Below are positions 26,404 to 35,919 of a stretch of 64,000 bases of DNA, piece after piece; the first letter of the stretch is position 1, and every line of letters starts with the position of its first letter. Both the position numbers and the translations under genes were made by a program. A model generated the notes under the pieces. It saw nothing but the letters and a program-made list of their open reading frames with translations, did no database searches and was not told the origin of the DNA. Source of the stretch: Acidobacteriota bacterium (GTDB lineage: Bacteria; Acidobacteriota; Thermoanaerobaculia; Multivoradales; JAHZIX01); the NCBI GenBank assembly GCA_039191605.1, contig JBCCXL010000025.1:2074-66073 (forward strand), written 5' to 3'.

Positions 26404-27846
26404 ATGGATCTCGATTCACTACTCAAATTCATGACCAAGAAGGGGGCGTCGGACCTGCACCTCAAGCCGACTCGCCCTCCCTTGCTCCGCGTCGACGGCA
26501 AGATCGTGCCGGTCGATTTAGAGCCCTTTCGTCCAGACGCCCTGAGGGAAATGCTGGAGGGCATTCTCGACGATGCCCAGAAGCGGCGCCTCGAAGAAAA
26601 TAAGAGCGTCGATCTCGGCTATGGGGTGCGCGGTCTCGCCCGCTTTCGAGGCAATCTCTATCTGCAGCGGGGCAGCATGGCGGCAACCTTTCGCCGCGTA
26701 CCCTTCAATATCGCCTCGGCGGAGGATCTAGACCTACCGGAAACCCTGCTGGATTTTTGCAAGATCCACATGGGGCTCGTCTTGGTCACGGGTCCCACCG
26801 GTAGCGGCAAGTCCACCACCCTGGCGGCGATGATCAAGCACATCTCGCGCACTCGCCAGGTGCACGTGATCACCATCGAAGATCCGATGGAGTTTCTGTT
26901 CACGGACAACATGGCGACCATTTCTCAGCGCGAGGTGGGGACCGATACGGTGAGCTTCGCCGAGGCCCTGCGCAACGCCATGCGGCAGGACCCGGACGTC
27001 ATCATGGTGGGAGAGATGCGTGATCCGGAGACCGTGGCGACGGTGATTACCGCGGCGGAAACCGGCCACCTGGTGTTCTCCACGCTGCATACGAATTCCG
27101 CCCCGCAGACCATCGACCGTATTCTCGATACCTTCCCTTCAGATCAGCAGCCGCAGATCCGGGCCCAGCTAGGGCAGATCCTCAAGGGCGTGATCTCGAT
27201 GAAGCTGGTGGAGCGTAAGGATGGTGGCCGGGTCGCCTCCCTCGAGATTCTCAAGGCCTCTCCGAAGGTCTCGAACATGGTCGAGAAGGGGGAGATCGGC
27301 GAGCTGCACGAGGAGCTGGAGTCCTCGGTTGGCTACTACAAGATGCAGAGCATGAATCAGAGCCTGCTCTCGCTCCTGGTCAACGGCTCCATCACCTACG
27401 ACGAAGCGATGAACCAATCCACGGATCCGGAGGATCTTTCGCTCAAGCTGCGCAAGCTCTTCCCGAAGCTCATCGAGAGTGATTCGACGGACGGAGACGA
27501 CGATATGTCCAGCGCAGATTTTTCGCAGATCCACGAGCTCTTGGAATTTCGCCGCCTGTTCGAGGAGCAGGAAGAGAAGGTCAAGCAGCGGATGCTGGAG
27601 AAGGATGAGGTCATCGGTCGCCTCGAAACGGTGGTCTCAGACCGGGATCGCTCCATCGATCAGCTGGAAGATCAGATCCGCGGCCTTCAGGACGAAGCGG
27701 ATAAGCAGCAGGGGGAGTACACCCGCCTGCGGCAGGAAGCGCAGGAGAAGATCGACAAGCTGATGCAGCGAATCCGTCAGCTGACTCAGGGCGCCCAGCC
27801 GGAGGCACCGCCGCCGCCGCCGAAGAAGTCCGGCATTTTCCGCTGA
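26404..27846 (+). CDS. pilT: PilT-like type IV pilus retraction ATPase with ~135-aa C-terminal coiled-coil extension
   Basis: MDLDSLLKFMTKKGASDLHL, Walker A GPTGSGKSTTLAAMI, GHLVFSTLHTNSA, GVISMKLV. The C-terminus is a charged heptad-like region ending PPPPPKKSGIFR. The alternative GTG start 26374 is less likely. Confidence 0.85.
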   Translation: MDLDSLLKFMTKKGASDLHLKPTRPPLLRVDGKIVPVDLEPFRPDALREMLEGILDDAQKRRLEENKSVDLGYGVRGLARFRGNLYLQRGSMAATFRRVPFNIASAEDLDLPETLLDFCKIHMGLVLVTGPTGSGKSTTLAAMIKHISRTRQVHVITIEDPMEFLFTDNMATISQREVGTDTVSFAEALRNAMRQDPDVIMVGEMRDPETVATVITAAETGHLVFSTLHTNSAPQTIDRILDTFPSDQQPQIRAQLGQILKGVISMKLVERKDGGRVASLEILKASPKVSNMVEKGEIGELHEELESSVGYYKMQSMNQSLLSLLVNGSITYDEAMNQSTDPEDLSLKLRKLFPKLIESDSTDGDDDMSSADFSQIHELLEFRRLFEEQEEKVKQRMLEKDEVIGRLETVVSDRDRSIDQLEDQIRGLQDEADKQQGEYTRLRQEAQEKIDKLMQRIRQLTQGAQPEAPPPPPKKSGIFR

Positions 27847-28185
27847 GGGGCTCGCGGGGTAGCAGCATTGCGCCCGAAGACTGGGTTGGGCTCTTCCGAC
27901 GGGCTCTGCTGAAGGGGCCCGCTGAACGAGCCTCGCTGGCCGTTCGATTGAAGGCCGTCTGATCCAAGACCGGTTCGGTCCAAGGATGCCGATGGGGGAA
28001 GCGTCGAGCTATTCAGGCCCCCTCGCTCTTTTGCCTCTTTGGTGAGCCTCTTTGGCTGAGGAGCCCTTCTGCCTCCCGCGCCGAGGAGAGGGCGATTCTC
28101 GCTACCGAGAGGATGCTTCCGGGAAGAGATTTGTTGTAGCGCCTCAACAGGGTTAAACTCCCGCTTGAGGTAATGGGCTACAACT

Positions 28186-28572
28186 ATGCATGAAATCAAG
28201 AGAATTGCCCGGTTAGCGAAGCTGCATCTGGAAGCCTCGGAGGAAGCGGAGCTGCAGCAGCAGCTGGCGAGGGTCTTCGAGTATTTAGAGCGGCTCGAGC
28301 CCGTGTCGTTGGAGGGCGGAGCTGGGGGCGAGTCAGCGCAGAGCGGACTTGAGCCTCAGGATCGGTCGTTTCGTGAGCCTGCGGCCCCACCCTTAGAGCC
28401 TGAACCCTTAAAGCCTGAGGCCGCGCCTTTGGAGCCTGCGGACGAGCCCGGGGAGATCACTCCGGCGCTGAGCCGATCCAGCCTGCTCGCCAACGCGCCT
28501 CGCCATCGCGACGGCCATCTCGTCGTTCCCGGGGTGTTCAGCGCTGCCGGAGAGAGCCGCCGTGGCCGCTGA
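28186..28572 (+). CDS. gatC: Asp/Glu-tRNA amidotransferase subunit C with Pro/Glu-rich C-terminal tail
   Basis: IKRIARLAKLHLEASEEAELQQQLARVFEYLERLEPV is the typical GatC core. Located directly upstream of gatA. Confidence 0.8.
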   Translation: MHEIKRIARLAKLHLEASEEAELQQQLARVFEYLERLEPVSLEGGAGGESAQSGLEPQDRSFREPAAPPLEPEPLKPEAAPLEPADEPGEITPALSRSSLLANAPRHRDGHLVVPGVFSAAGESRRGR

Positions 28573-30109
28573 GGAGCTCGCCCATCTCGACTCGACGAGC
28601 CTCGCCTCGGGGCTTCGGCGAGGCGACTTTTCCGCCTTGGAGTTGATGGACTTTTGCCTGCGGCGCATCCAGCGAGCTGATTCCCGGCTACAGGCCTTCA
28701 TCGAGGTTTTCACCGACGACGCCCTGCGCGAAGCGGAAGCGGTGGATCGCCGTCTCGCTGCCGGTGGCCGCCTCGGCCCCCTGGCGGGAGTGCCGGTGGC
28801 GATTAAAGACAATCTCAGCATCGCCGGGCGGTCGCTGTCCTGTGGGTCGCGGATTCTCGAGGGCTACGTGGCGCCCTATTCCGCGACCGCCGTAGAGCGC
28901 CTGCAGCGGGCCGGTGCCATCGTCGTCGGCCGCACCAATCTCGATGAAATGGCCATGGGCTCTTCCTGCGAGACTTCGATCTGGGGATCGACCCTCAATC
29001 CATGGGACTTGGGGCGAGTGCCGGGAGGCTCTAGCGGCGGATCTGCCGCCGCGGTTGCCGCGGCGATGGTGCCCTTGGCTCTGGGCTCGGACACCGGCGG
29101 CTCGGTACGGCAGCCGGCAGCCTTCACCGGCGTTGTGGGGCTGCGGCCGACCTATGGTCGAGTGTCTCGCCACGGTTTGGTGGCCTTCGCCTCTTCCTTC
29201 GATCAGGTCGGGCCCTTGGCGAGGTCGGTACGGGATGTCGCCCTGGCGCTGGAGGTGCTGGCCGGCCCGGATCCCCGGGACAGCACTACCACCAAGGAGC
29301 CGGTGGAGAGCTGGGGATCCTCACTTCAGGGGATTGAGGATGCCCCCTCCCTGGCGGGGCTGAGACTAGGCTGGTGCGAGCTGGCAGGAGATCTTGCGGT
29401 AGACGCCGCCACCGAGGCCTGCTGGCGGCGGAGCTGTCAGCGGCTGGAGGCTCTCGGCGCCACCCTGGTTCCGCTTCAGCTGCCGACCCTGGATCAAGCC
29501 CTCGCCATCTATTCGGTGCTGGCTCCCTGCGAGGCGAGCTCCAATCTGGCCCGATTCGACGGCGTCCGCTTCGGTCGTCGGGCGGCGGAGGCGGAAGACC
29601 TGGAAGATTCTGCTGTTGAAGAATTGAGTCTGGAAGATCTCTACGTCCGCAGCCGTTCCGAGGGCTTCGGTCCCGAGGTCAAGCGACGAATCCTGTTGGG
29701 AACCTACGCGCTGTCGGCGGGTGATCGGGAGAGCTACTACTACCGTGCGCGGCGGGCGCTACGCCAAGTGCGCCGCGAGTTGCGGGAAGCCCTGGAGCGG
29801 GTCGACGCCCTGATCAGCCCGACGACGCCGACCTCCGCCTTTGCCCTGGGAGCTCGCCGTGAGCCGCTGGAGATGTATCGCAGCGATATCTTCACCTGCG
29901 CGCCGAGCCTGGCTGGCCTCCCGGCTATCGCGGTCCCCGCCGGCCTGACGGGGGAGGGATTGCCCTCCTCGCTCCAGGTGACGGGAGCCCCCTTCGCCGA
30001 GGCCAAGATTCTGCGCATCGCCACCGCCTTTGAGGCGGATCGGCAGAGAGACGAAGGGATGCTGAGGCCTTCGATGGAATGGATGAATGCTTCGGGGGTC
30101 GCGGCATGA
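28562..30109 (+). CDS. gatA: Asp/Glu-tRNA amidotransferase subunit A (amidase signature family)
   Basis: GVPVAIKDNLSIAG, GRTNLDEMAMGSS, GGSSGGSAAAVAA (amidase signature). GTG start overlaps the gatC end by 11 nt. Confidence 0.9.
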   Translation: MAAEELAHLDSTSLASGLRRGDFSALELMDFCLRRIQRADSRLQAFIEVFTDDALREAEAVDRRLAAGGRLGPLAGVPVAIKDNLSIAGRSLSCGSRILEGYVAPYSATAVERLQRAGAIVVGRTNLDEMAMGSSCETSIWGSTLNPWDLGRVPGGSSGGSAAAVAAAMVPLALGSDTGGSVRQPAAFTGVVGLRPTYGRVSRHGLVAFASSFDQVGPLARSVRDVALALEVLAGPDPRDSTTTKEPVESWGSSLQGIEDAPSLAGLRLGWCELAGDLAVDAATEACWRRSCQRLEALGATLVPLQLPTLDQALAIYSVLAPCEASSNLARFDGVRFGRRAAEAEDLEDSAVEELSLEDLYVRSRSEGFGPEVKRRILLGTYALSAGDRESYYYRARRALRQVRRELREALERVDALISPTTPTSAFALGARREPLEMYRSDIFTCAPSLAGLPAIAVPAGLTGEGLPSSLQVTGAPFAEAKILRIATAFEADRQRDEGMLRPSMEWMNASGVAA

Positions 30110-32106
30110 GGCTGCCTAAATACGCCAAACGCCGCCTATTCCAGGTCGCCTTGGTGCTGATGTTGGTCTCTGTCGGGGACCCGGCGGCATTTGAGGCTGC
30201 GGCAGACAAGGGAGTCACTCTCACCTTGGCGATCCCCGGTGGGGAAGGGGGCCAGCGGGCCGTTTGGACCGCCGACGGGATCTATATCGAGGCTCAGCCC
30301 CTGCCCGGCGAGGGGCTCTTGGCGTTCAGCCGCCGACTCTGCGGCAGCGAGACGGCAGCTTCCGCCATCGCCCAGGCCCACGGAGGCCGGCGCGGAATGC
30401 TGGCGGGAGCGTGGTACCGAATTCCCGTCGACTGGCTCTCCCCGGTGCATCAGCAGGTCGTGATGACCACCCTGTTTCCGGGGGATCAGCGCAGCAGCGC
30501 CGGATGGCGCCACCGGGTCTCACAGCGGGACGACACCCTGTGGGCGATCTCGGAGCGGTTTACCGGTCGCGGTGAGCTCTTCCCGGAGCTTCGTCGGGCC
30601 AATCAGCTGACCGACAACACAATTCGCCCAGGGCAGCGATTGCTGATTCCGGCGGCGCTGCTGCGCCCGGAGCTGCGGGCGATGCTGCCCCAGGTTCCCG
30701 GCGCCGCTATTGGGGCTGGCGGGGCCGGTGGGGCGACGATGGCCCCGTCGCAGGGGGGTGGCGTTACGACTCCCACTTCCGCTTCGCCCTCCACTAGACC
30801 TTCCATTGGGTCCTCTACTGGGCTCTCCACTGGGGCTAGCAACTCGGCAGCGGGGGCGGCCCCCGCTGCTTCGTCGGTGACGACGGCTCCCTTCTCCGTC
30901 GAGGCGACCACGGCGCAGCGCTTCCCGTCCCTCGGCGACGTGCGGCTGGAGTACGGATCGGATCGCGACGGCGACTTCGCGCTCTACCGGCTCAAGCCCG
31001 GCGAGGCCCTCTACTCCAGCGTGGTGGTGCGCTTCACCGGCCGGGTTTACGCCAACGACGTCAATGCTCTGGCGGCGGATATCGCTCGGCGCAGCGGAGT
31101 GGCGGACGTCACCGATATGGCGGTGGGCTACCCGGTGAAGATCCCCTTCGCGTTGCTGCAGCCGGAATTCCTGCCTCCGGGGCATCCCCGACGGCAGGAG
31201 TTCGAGCAGAATCAGCGGGCTAGCGCCGCGTTCAGCAACACGGTTCGCTCCCGCAATCTTCAGGGCATCACGGTGATTCTCGATCCCGGCCACGGTGGGA
31301 ACGATGTCGGCGCTTCCCGAAGAGGAGTGTGGGAGAGCGTCTACGTCTATGACATCGCTCTGCGCCTCAAGCGGCATCTGGAGACCACGACCTCGGCGCG
31401 GGTCTTTCTCTCCACCGAGGCGAAGGGCGGAACGGAGGTAGGAGAGCGGGATGTGCTGCCCTACGACAAAACCCATCGGGTGCTCACCGACCCTCCCTAC
31501 TCGCTGAACCAGGACTCCACCGTCGGGGTCCATCTACGCTGGTATCTATCCAACCGCATCTACCGCGAGGCTCTGGAGCGTGGAGCCCAATCGGATCACG
31601 TGGTGTTTCTCTCGATCCACGCCGATTCTCTCCACCCCTCTCTGCGCGGGGCTATGGCCTATATCCCCGACGCTAAGCTGCGGCGGTCGAGCTACTCCAA
31701 GAGCGGCAGCGTGTATCGCGCGCGGCGGGAGGTGCGGGAGCAGCCCCGGGTGACCTTCACCCGCGAGGAGATGGTGCGCTCGGAAGGTCTCAGTCGGCAG
31801 TTGGCGACGGAGATCATCGACGCCTTTTCCCGGGCCGGGCTCGCGGTACATCCGGAGCAGCCGGTGAGGCAGAAGATCTATCGCGGGCGCAAGCCCTGGG
31901 TTCCGGCGGTCTTGCGCTACAACCGAGTGCCCGCCTCGATGCTCTTCGAGGTCAGCAATCTGGCCAATGACGAAGATCGCAGATTGCTGCAGACTCGCCG
32001 TTTCCGAGAGACGGCGGCGGTAGCTATTGCCGACGGACTCTTGCGCTACTACGGCGTCGATAGCCGATCCGCGCCGCCGCCGCAGCGGATTGCGGCGGAG
32101 GAGTGA
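30106..32106 (+). CDS. N-acetylmuramoyl-L-alanine amidase (Amidase_3, AmiC-like) with LysM domain
   Basis: ATG 30106 overlaps the gatA stop (ATGA). Signal peptide. LysM-like HRVSQRDDTLWAISERF...IRPGQRLLIP. Amidase_3 motifs ILDPGHGGNDVGA and VFLSIHADS. Confidence 0.85.
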   Translation: MRLPKYAKRRLFQVALVLMLVSVGDPAAFEAAADKGVTLTLAIPGGEGGQRAVWTADGIYIEAQPLPGEGLLAFSRRLCGSETAASAIAQAHGGRRGMLAGAWYRIPVDWLSPVHQQVVMTTLFPGDQRSSAGWRHRVSQRDDTLWAISERFTGRGELFPELRRANQLTDNTIRPGQRLLIPAALLRPELRAMLPQVPGAAIGAGGAGGATMAPSQGGGVTTPTSASPSTRPSIGSSTGLSTGASNSAAGAAPAASSVTTAPFSVEATTAQRFPSLGDVRLEYGSDRDGDFALYRLKPGEALYSSVVVRFTGRVYANDVNALAADIARRSGVADVTDMAVGYPVKIPFALLQPEFLPPGHPRRQEFEQNQRASAAFSNTVRSRNLQGITVILDPGHGGNDVGASRRGVWESVYVYDIALRLKRHLETTTSARVFLSTEAKGGTEVGERDVLPYDKTHRVLTDPPYSLNQDSTVGVHLRWYLSNRIYREALERGAQSDHVVFLSIHADSLHPSLRGAMAYIPDAKLRRSSYSKSGSVYRARREVREQPRVTFTREEMVRSEGLSRQLATEIIDAFSRAGLAVHPEQPVRQKIYRGRKPWVPAVLRYNRVPASMLFEVSNLANDEDRRLLQTRRFRETAAVAIADGLLRYYGVDSRSAPPPQRIAAEE

Positions 32107-32172
32107 CCCCGAGGGTTCGGGGCGCGGGAACCTCTTCGATGCCGCGGGGGTCTCATCGAGAGGAGACCCTCG

Positions 32173-32874
32173 ATGAATGCCGCCAACCTCTACCCCGTCG
32201 CCGCCGTGATCGCTGACTCGGCGACCCCGTCGACGGCGGATGCCCAGCGGGCGCTGGATCTCGAATTAGCCCAGCGTCATCGCTGGGGCGACGATGCGGC
32301 CTTCGAAGAGCTCTACGAGCGCTTCTCGGGCTTGGTCTACAACCTCTGCCTACGGATGGCGGGGGAGCGAGAGCTGGCGTCGGATCTCGCCCAGGAGATC
32401 TTCCTTCGCATCTTTCGTCACCTCGGCCGCTTCGAGGGTCGCGCTAGCCTCAAGACCTGGGTGACCCAGGTGACCCTCAACCACTGCCGCTCCCGTCTCG
32501 GTCGGCGTCACCGCCGTCGACAGCGATTCCGCCCCCAGCCGCTGGTAGAAGAGGGGGAGGAGGGAGTGGAGCTGGTAGATGAGGGTCGCGATCCGGAACA
32601 GCGGGCGGCCGCGGCGGAGGAGAGTCGCCAGGTGGCCGCAGCGGTGGCTCAGCTTCCCTCCCCCTACCGCGAGGCGGTGGTGCTCTGTGATTTAGAAGGG
32701 ATGTCTTATCAACAGATCGCCGAGATTCTCGAGGTGCGCATCGGCACGGTGCGCTCGCGCATTGCCCGCGGGCGCACGCGGCTGCGAGCGATACTCGAGA
32801 AGAGCGAGCTAGCGACCGGTACTATTGGACAGCGGCCCGGGGGCGGCACCCGGTCCCGCGGAGAGAAAGCATGA
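32173..32874 (+). CDS. ECF-type RNA polymerase sigma factor
   Basis: Region 2 (LVYNLCLRMAGERELASDLAQEIFLRIFRHLGRFEGRASLKTWVTQVTLNHCRS) and region 4 (YREAVVLCDLEGMSYQQIAEILEVRIGTVRSRIARGR). Confidence 0.9.
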   Translation: MNAANLYPVAAVIADSATPSTADAQRALDLELAQRHRWGDDAAFEELYERFSGLVYNLCLRMAGERELASDLAQEIFLRIFRHLGRFEGRASLKTWVTQVTLNHCRSRLGRRHRRRQRFRPQPLVEEGEEGVELVDEGRDPEQRAAAAEESRQVAAAVAQLPSPYREAVVLCDLEGMSYQQIAEILEVRIGTVRSRIARGRTRLRAILEKSELATGTIGQRPGGGTRSRGEKA

Positions 32875-33560
32875 GCGCCTTAGCCCAGAACAAGGATCCC
32901 CACGGTCACCTCAGCGATGAGGAGCTGTCGGCGGCCGTCGACGGCGAGCTACCGCGCCCGCATCTACGGCTAGTAGAGGAGCACCTGCAGCGTTGTGAGA
33001 TCTGCCGTCAGCGGCAGCTGGATCTGCTGCGGGTGGTAGAGCCGCTGCGCCGATTGCAGCGCCAGGCGCCACCGCCGGCTCTCGGGCAGCTGGTGATGGA
33101 TCGCGTTCGCTACCAGCGGGGCCAGCGCAGCTGGATCGAAGCGGTGGAGGATCGTCTCCCAGGGCCGGTGAGCCGCCAAAGCCCGGTGGGCTATTCCTTC
33201 GCCCTGGTGATCGCCCTCGCCGCCTGTCTCTTTTTCTTTGCCGATTGGCTGGAGCGTCGCGAATCGCCGAGCCCCACCTTCTCGGTGCCGACGGTGGAGG
33301 GGGCGGTGGTGGACGGGCGCGCCTTCGAGCTGACGGCGGACGGCATCTGGATCCAGAGCGCGGTCCGGGAGCGGGCTGGGGCTGCGGCTCCGCGGCTCCT
33401 TTTGCTGGAGTCCGCGGCGGGTCAGGAACTGGCTCTGCGCTGGCCCGGCGCCGCCCTCTTGGCCCGCTCCGGGGAGGTGGTGCTACAAGATCAAGATGGC
33501 CAGTTGGTGCGCCTGAAGGCGCAAGGGCCCGCAGAAATAGAAAAGCCCGCAGCGCGGTAG
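32871..33560 (+). CDS. anti-sigma factor (zf-HC2 type, single TM)
   Basis: ATGA overlap with the sigma gene. HLQRCEICRQRQ is the H-x3-C-x2-C motif. One hydrophobic segment, FALVIALAACLFFFADWL. Confidence 0.75.
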   Translation: MSALAQNKDPHGHLSDEELSAAVDGELPRPHLRLVEEHLQRCEICRQRQLDLLRVVEPLRRLQRQAPPPALGQLVMDRVRYQRGQRSWIEAVEDRLPGPVSRQSPVGYSFALVIALAACLFFFADWLERRESPSPTFSVPTVEGAVVDGRAFELTADGIWIQSAVRERAGAAAPRLLLLESAAGQELALRWPGAALLARSGEVVLQDQDGQLVRLKAQGPAEIEKPAAR

Positions 33561-33694
33561 AGCGGCGGGCTAGTCAACCTGTAGGCCAGTGAATCCGCAG
33601 GCTAATCAGGCAGAGAGGCGTATCCCCCTCTCGAGCTCCCCTCAGTGGGTCCCCTTCCGGCAGAGCTCCCAATGGAGCTCCTTCGAGAGCTTCC

Positions 33695-35776
33695 TCAGGC
33701 GGGGTTGAAGACCTCGATGGCGGCGATGGTGTACTCGGTACCGGAGTAGTTCAGGGTATCGCCCACCCGCTTGCCGAGGATCTTCTGCGCCAGCTCCGAC
33801 TCGTAGGAGATGATGTCCGACTCCGGGTCGCTCTCCCAGGGGCCGAGGATGGTCAGGGAGGAGCCCTCGCCGCCGTCGAGGGTCAGCCTGGTGCCGATGA
33901 CCACCTGGTCCGTCTGCACCGCGTTGAGGTCGATGGGGCGAGTCCGGGAAAGGTCGCTGTTGAGGGCGGCGAGTCGGGCCGAGAGGTATTCATGGCGCTG
34001 GCGGGCGCTCTTGTATTCAAAATTCTCTCGCAGATCACCGAGGGCTCGCGCTTCTTCGATGGCCTTGCGGTTCGCCGGTAGCTCCACGCTCTTGAGGTGG
34101 CGGAATTCCTCCCGCTTGGTCTCGATGGAGCTCTCAAGGGCGTAGAGGGGAGCGTCCTGGTCGTCCCGCAGGTCGGAGAATTTGAGCTCCAGGGAGGTCA
34201 CCAGGGCGTCCCGCTGGTAGCCCTCTAGAGCGGCGCTCTTGGTGATCGCATCGCGGGCTGGCTCCGCCTGCTCGGGCTCCAGGTCCTGCAATAGCTTAGG
34301 GGCCGTGCCGCCGCTCTCCAGCAGGGGAACCAGGCGGGAGGCGCGGTAGCTGGCGAAAGCTTCGTCCTGCAGCGCGGTGAGCAGCTGCTTGAGCAGGCGC
34401 AGGGGGTTGTGCTGGCGCAGCCCGTCGTCGTCGCTGGCACGTTCGGCGAGCCAAACGAAACCTGCGGGGTTCTTGCGCGGCTGGGAGAGCAGCTGCTCGA
34501 TGAAGCTCTTGCGCTCCTCCGGCGCTTCCGCGGTGAGACCCGCTAGCAGCAGGTCCAGCAGACGTGGGTCTTCCTCGCGGGCGATGAAGCGGCCGAAGTG
34601 CTGGGGCCAGTCCTCGCGGTCGTTCTGCACCAGCTCGTAGACCCGCTGCCGCAGGGCGCGGTCGTCCAGCCCGCCGACGAGCTCGAGGAGGTTAGGGCTC
34701 TGGGCCACCAGGGTCTCGGGGGTCCACTCGACGTCGGTGAGGGTGGTGCCAGCGCGATCCAGGGCGTGCCAGATCTCGAAAGCTCGGCCGACCCGGGAGC
34801 TCTTGACCTCCTCACCGGCCTTGTGGAGGGCATCGACCATCCTCTTCTTGAGGCCGGCGTCACGATCCGCGTTGCGCTTCAGCAGGTCGATCTTGCCGCG
34901 AATTCCGGCGCGTTCGAAGGCGGTCCAAAGAGCGGAGAAGGCGTCCTCGCTGGTGGCCGCCCAGCGATAGTTCTGACGGCCTTTGGCTTGGGTGAGCACC
35001 TGAGGGTGCTTGCGGGCGGCGGTCCACCAGCGATTCCAGCCTTTCTCGGTGATCACGCCGGTGAGAGCTTGGCGCACCTCGGTGGCGGTCATCGGACTGT
35101 TGTAGCTCACCAGCACTCGGCGCAGCAGCTCGGAGGGGTCCTGCTTGGCCAATTCCCTGAGGCTTTCGGGATCCTCCAGCTTCTGCCGCAGGACGTGGTC
35201 GGGCTCCAGCGCCTGAAGCATCTTGGCGGCGGCACGAAAGCCCACCATCAGCCCCTTGTGGCGCTCGAGATCGACCTTGAAGCTCTCCAAGGCAATATTG
35301 ATCTCGACGATGCGTCCGGCTCCGCGGCCCACCATCCACACCGGAGTGCCGATGTCGAAGCCCATCAGCGCCTTGAGTCGGTCGACCCGATCCCAGGTCT
35401 TGGCGGGATCCTTCTGCACTTTGTCGAGGCCGACCTTACTCTCCAGCAGCTCGTACATGCTGTGGTCGTCATAGATGCTGCGCAGACAGACCAGAATCGC
35501 CTTGTGGAGATCTTCTGGCTCATAGATCGTAGGGCCGATGCGGCGCAGCAGCTTGAGACGAGGCTCCCAAAGCTCTTTTTCGATCAGCAGATCATCGAGA
35601 ATCTCCAGCAAGAAGCGGGAGCGATCTGCCTCGTTGTTGCCGATCAGCGCTCGGGCGACGCCGACGAAGTAATCGAGATCCTCTGGTTGCTTCGAGGAGT
35701 GGCCGAGCCACTCGTCCTCGATGGCCTCGAAGTTACCTTTGGAGAGATGTGCCTGGGTTTGCTTAGAAATCGCCAT
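33695..35776 (-). CDS. Gre-factor-like protein: ~540-aa helical N-terminal region plus GreA/GreB coiled-coil and C-terminal domain
   Basis: The C-terminal 150 aa reads IEEARALGDLRENFEYKSARQRHEYLSARLAALNSDL (Gre coiled-coil tip with D..E) then VVIGTRLTL...ISYESELAQKILGKRVGDTL (Gre C-terminal domain). Start taken at ATG 35776; TTG 35785 is possible. Confidence 0.75.
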   Translation of the reverse strand: MAISKQTQAHLSKGNFEAIEDEWLGHSSKQPEDLDYFVGVARALIGNNEADRSRFLLEILDDLLIEKELWEPRLKLLRRIGPTIYEPEDLHKAILVCLRSIYDDHSMYELLESKVGLDKVQKDPAKTWDRVDRLKALMGFDIGTPVWMVGRGAGRIVEINIALESFKVDLERHKGLMVGFRAAAKMLQALEPDHVLRQKLEDPESLRELAKQDPSELLRRVLVSYNSPMTATEVRQALTGVITEKGWNRWWTAARKHPQVLTQAKGRQNYRWAATSEDAFSALWTAFERAGIRGKIDLLKRNADRDAGLKKRMVDALHKAGEEVKSSRVGRAFEIWHALDRAGTTLTDVEWTPETLVAQSPNLLELVGGLDDRALRQRVYELVQNDREDWPQHFGRFIAREEDPRLLDLLLAGLTAEAPEERKSFIEQLLSQPRKNPAGFVWLAERASDDDGLRQHNPLRLLKQLLTALQDEAFASYRASRLVPLLESGGTAPKLLQDLEPEQAEPARDAITKSAALEGYQRDALVTSLELKFSDLRDDQDAPLYALESSIETKREEFRHLKSVELPANRKAIEEARALGDLRENFEYKSARQRHEYLSARLAALNSDLSRTRPIDLNAVQTDQVVIGTRLTLDGGEGSSLTILGPWESDPESDIISYESELAQKILGKRVGDTLNYSGTEYTIAAIEVFNPA

Positions 35777-35919
35777 AGATCCCAAGACAATACCAAAAAA
35801 TCCTAGCGCGCCGTAGCACTCTGTCAGCGCAATTGAGGGGTTGGAAACTCTGGATCCTGCGCACCGGCGGTGTCGCGGCGACGGGATAGGGGGGCTCTGC
35901 GCTGCTAGAGTTGGAAGAT

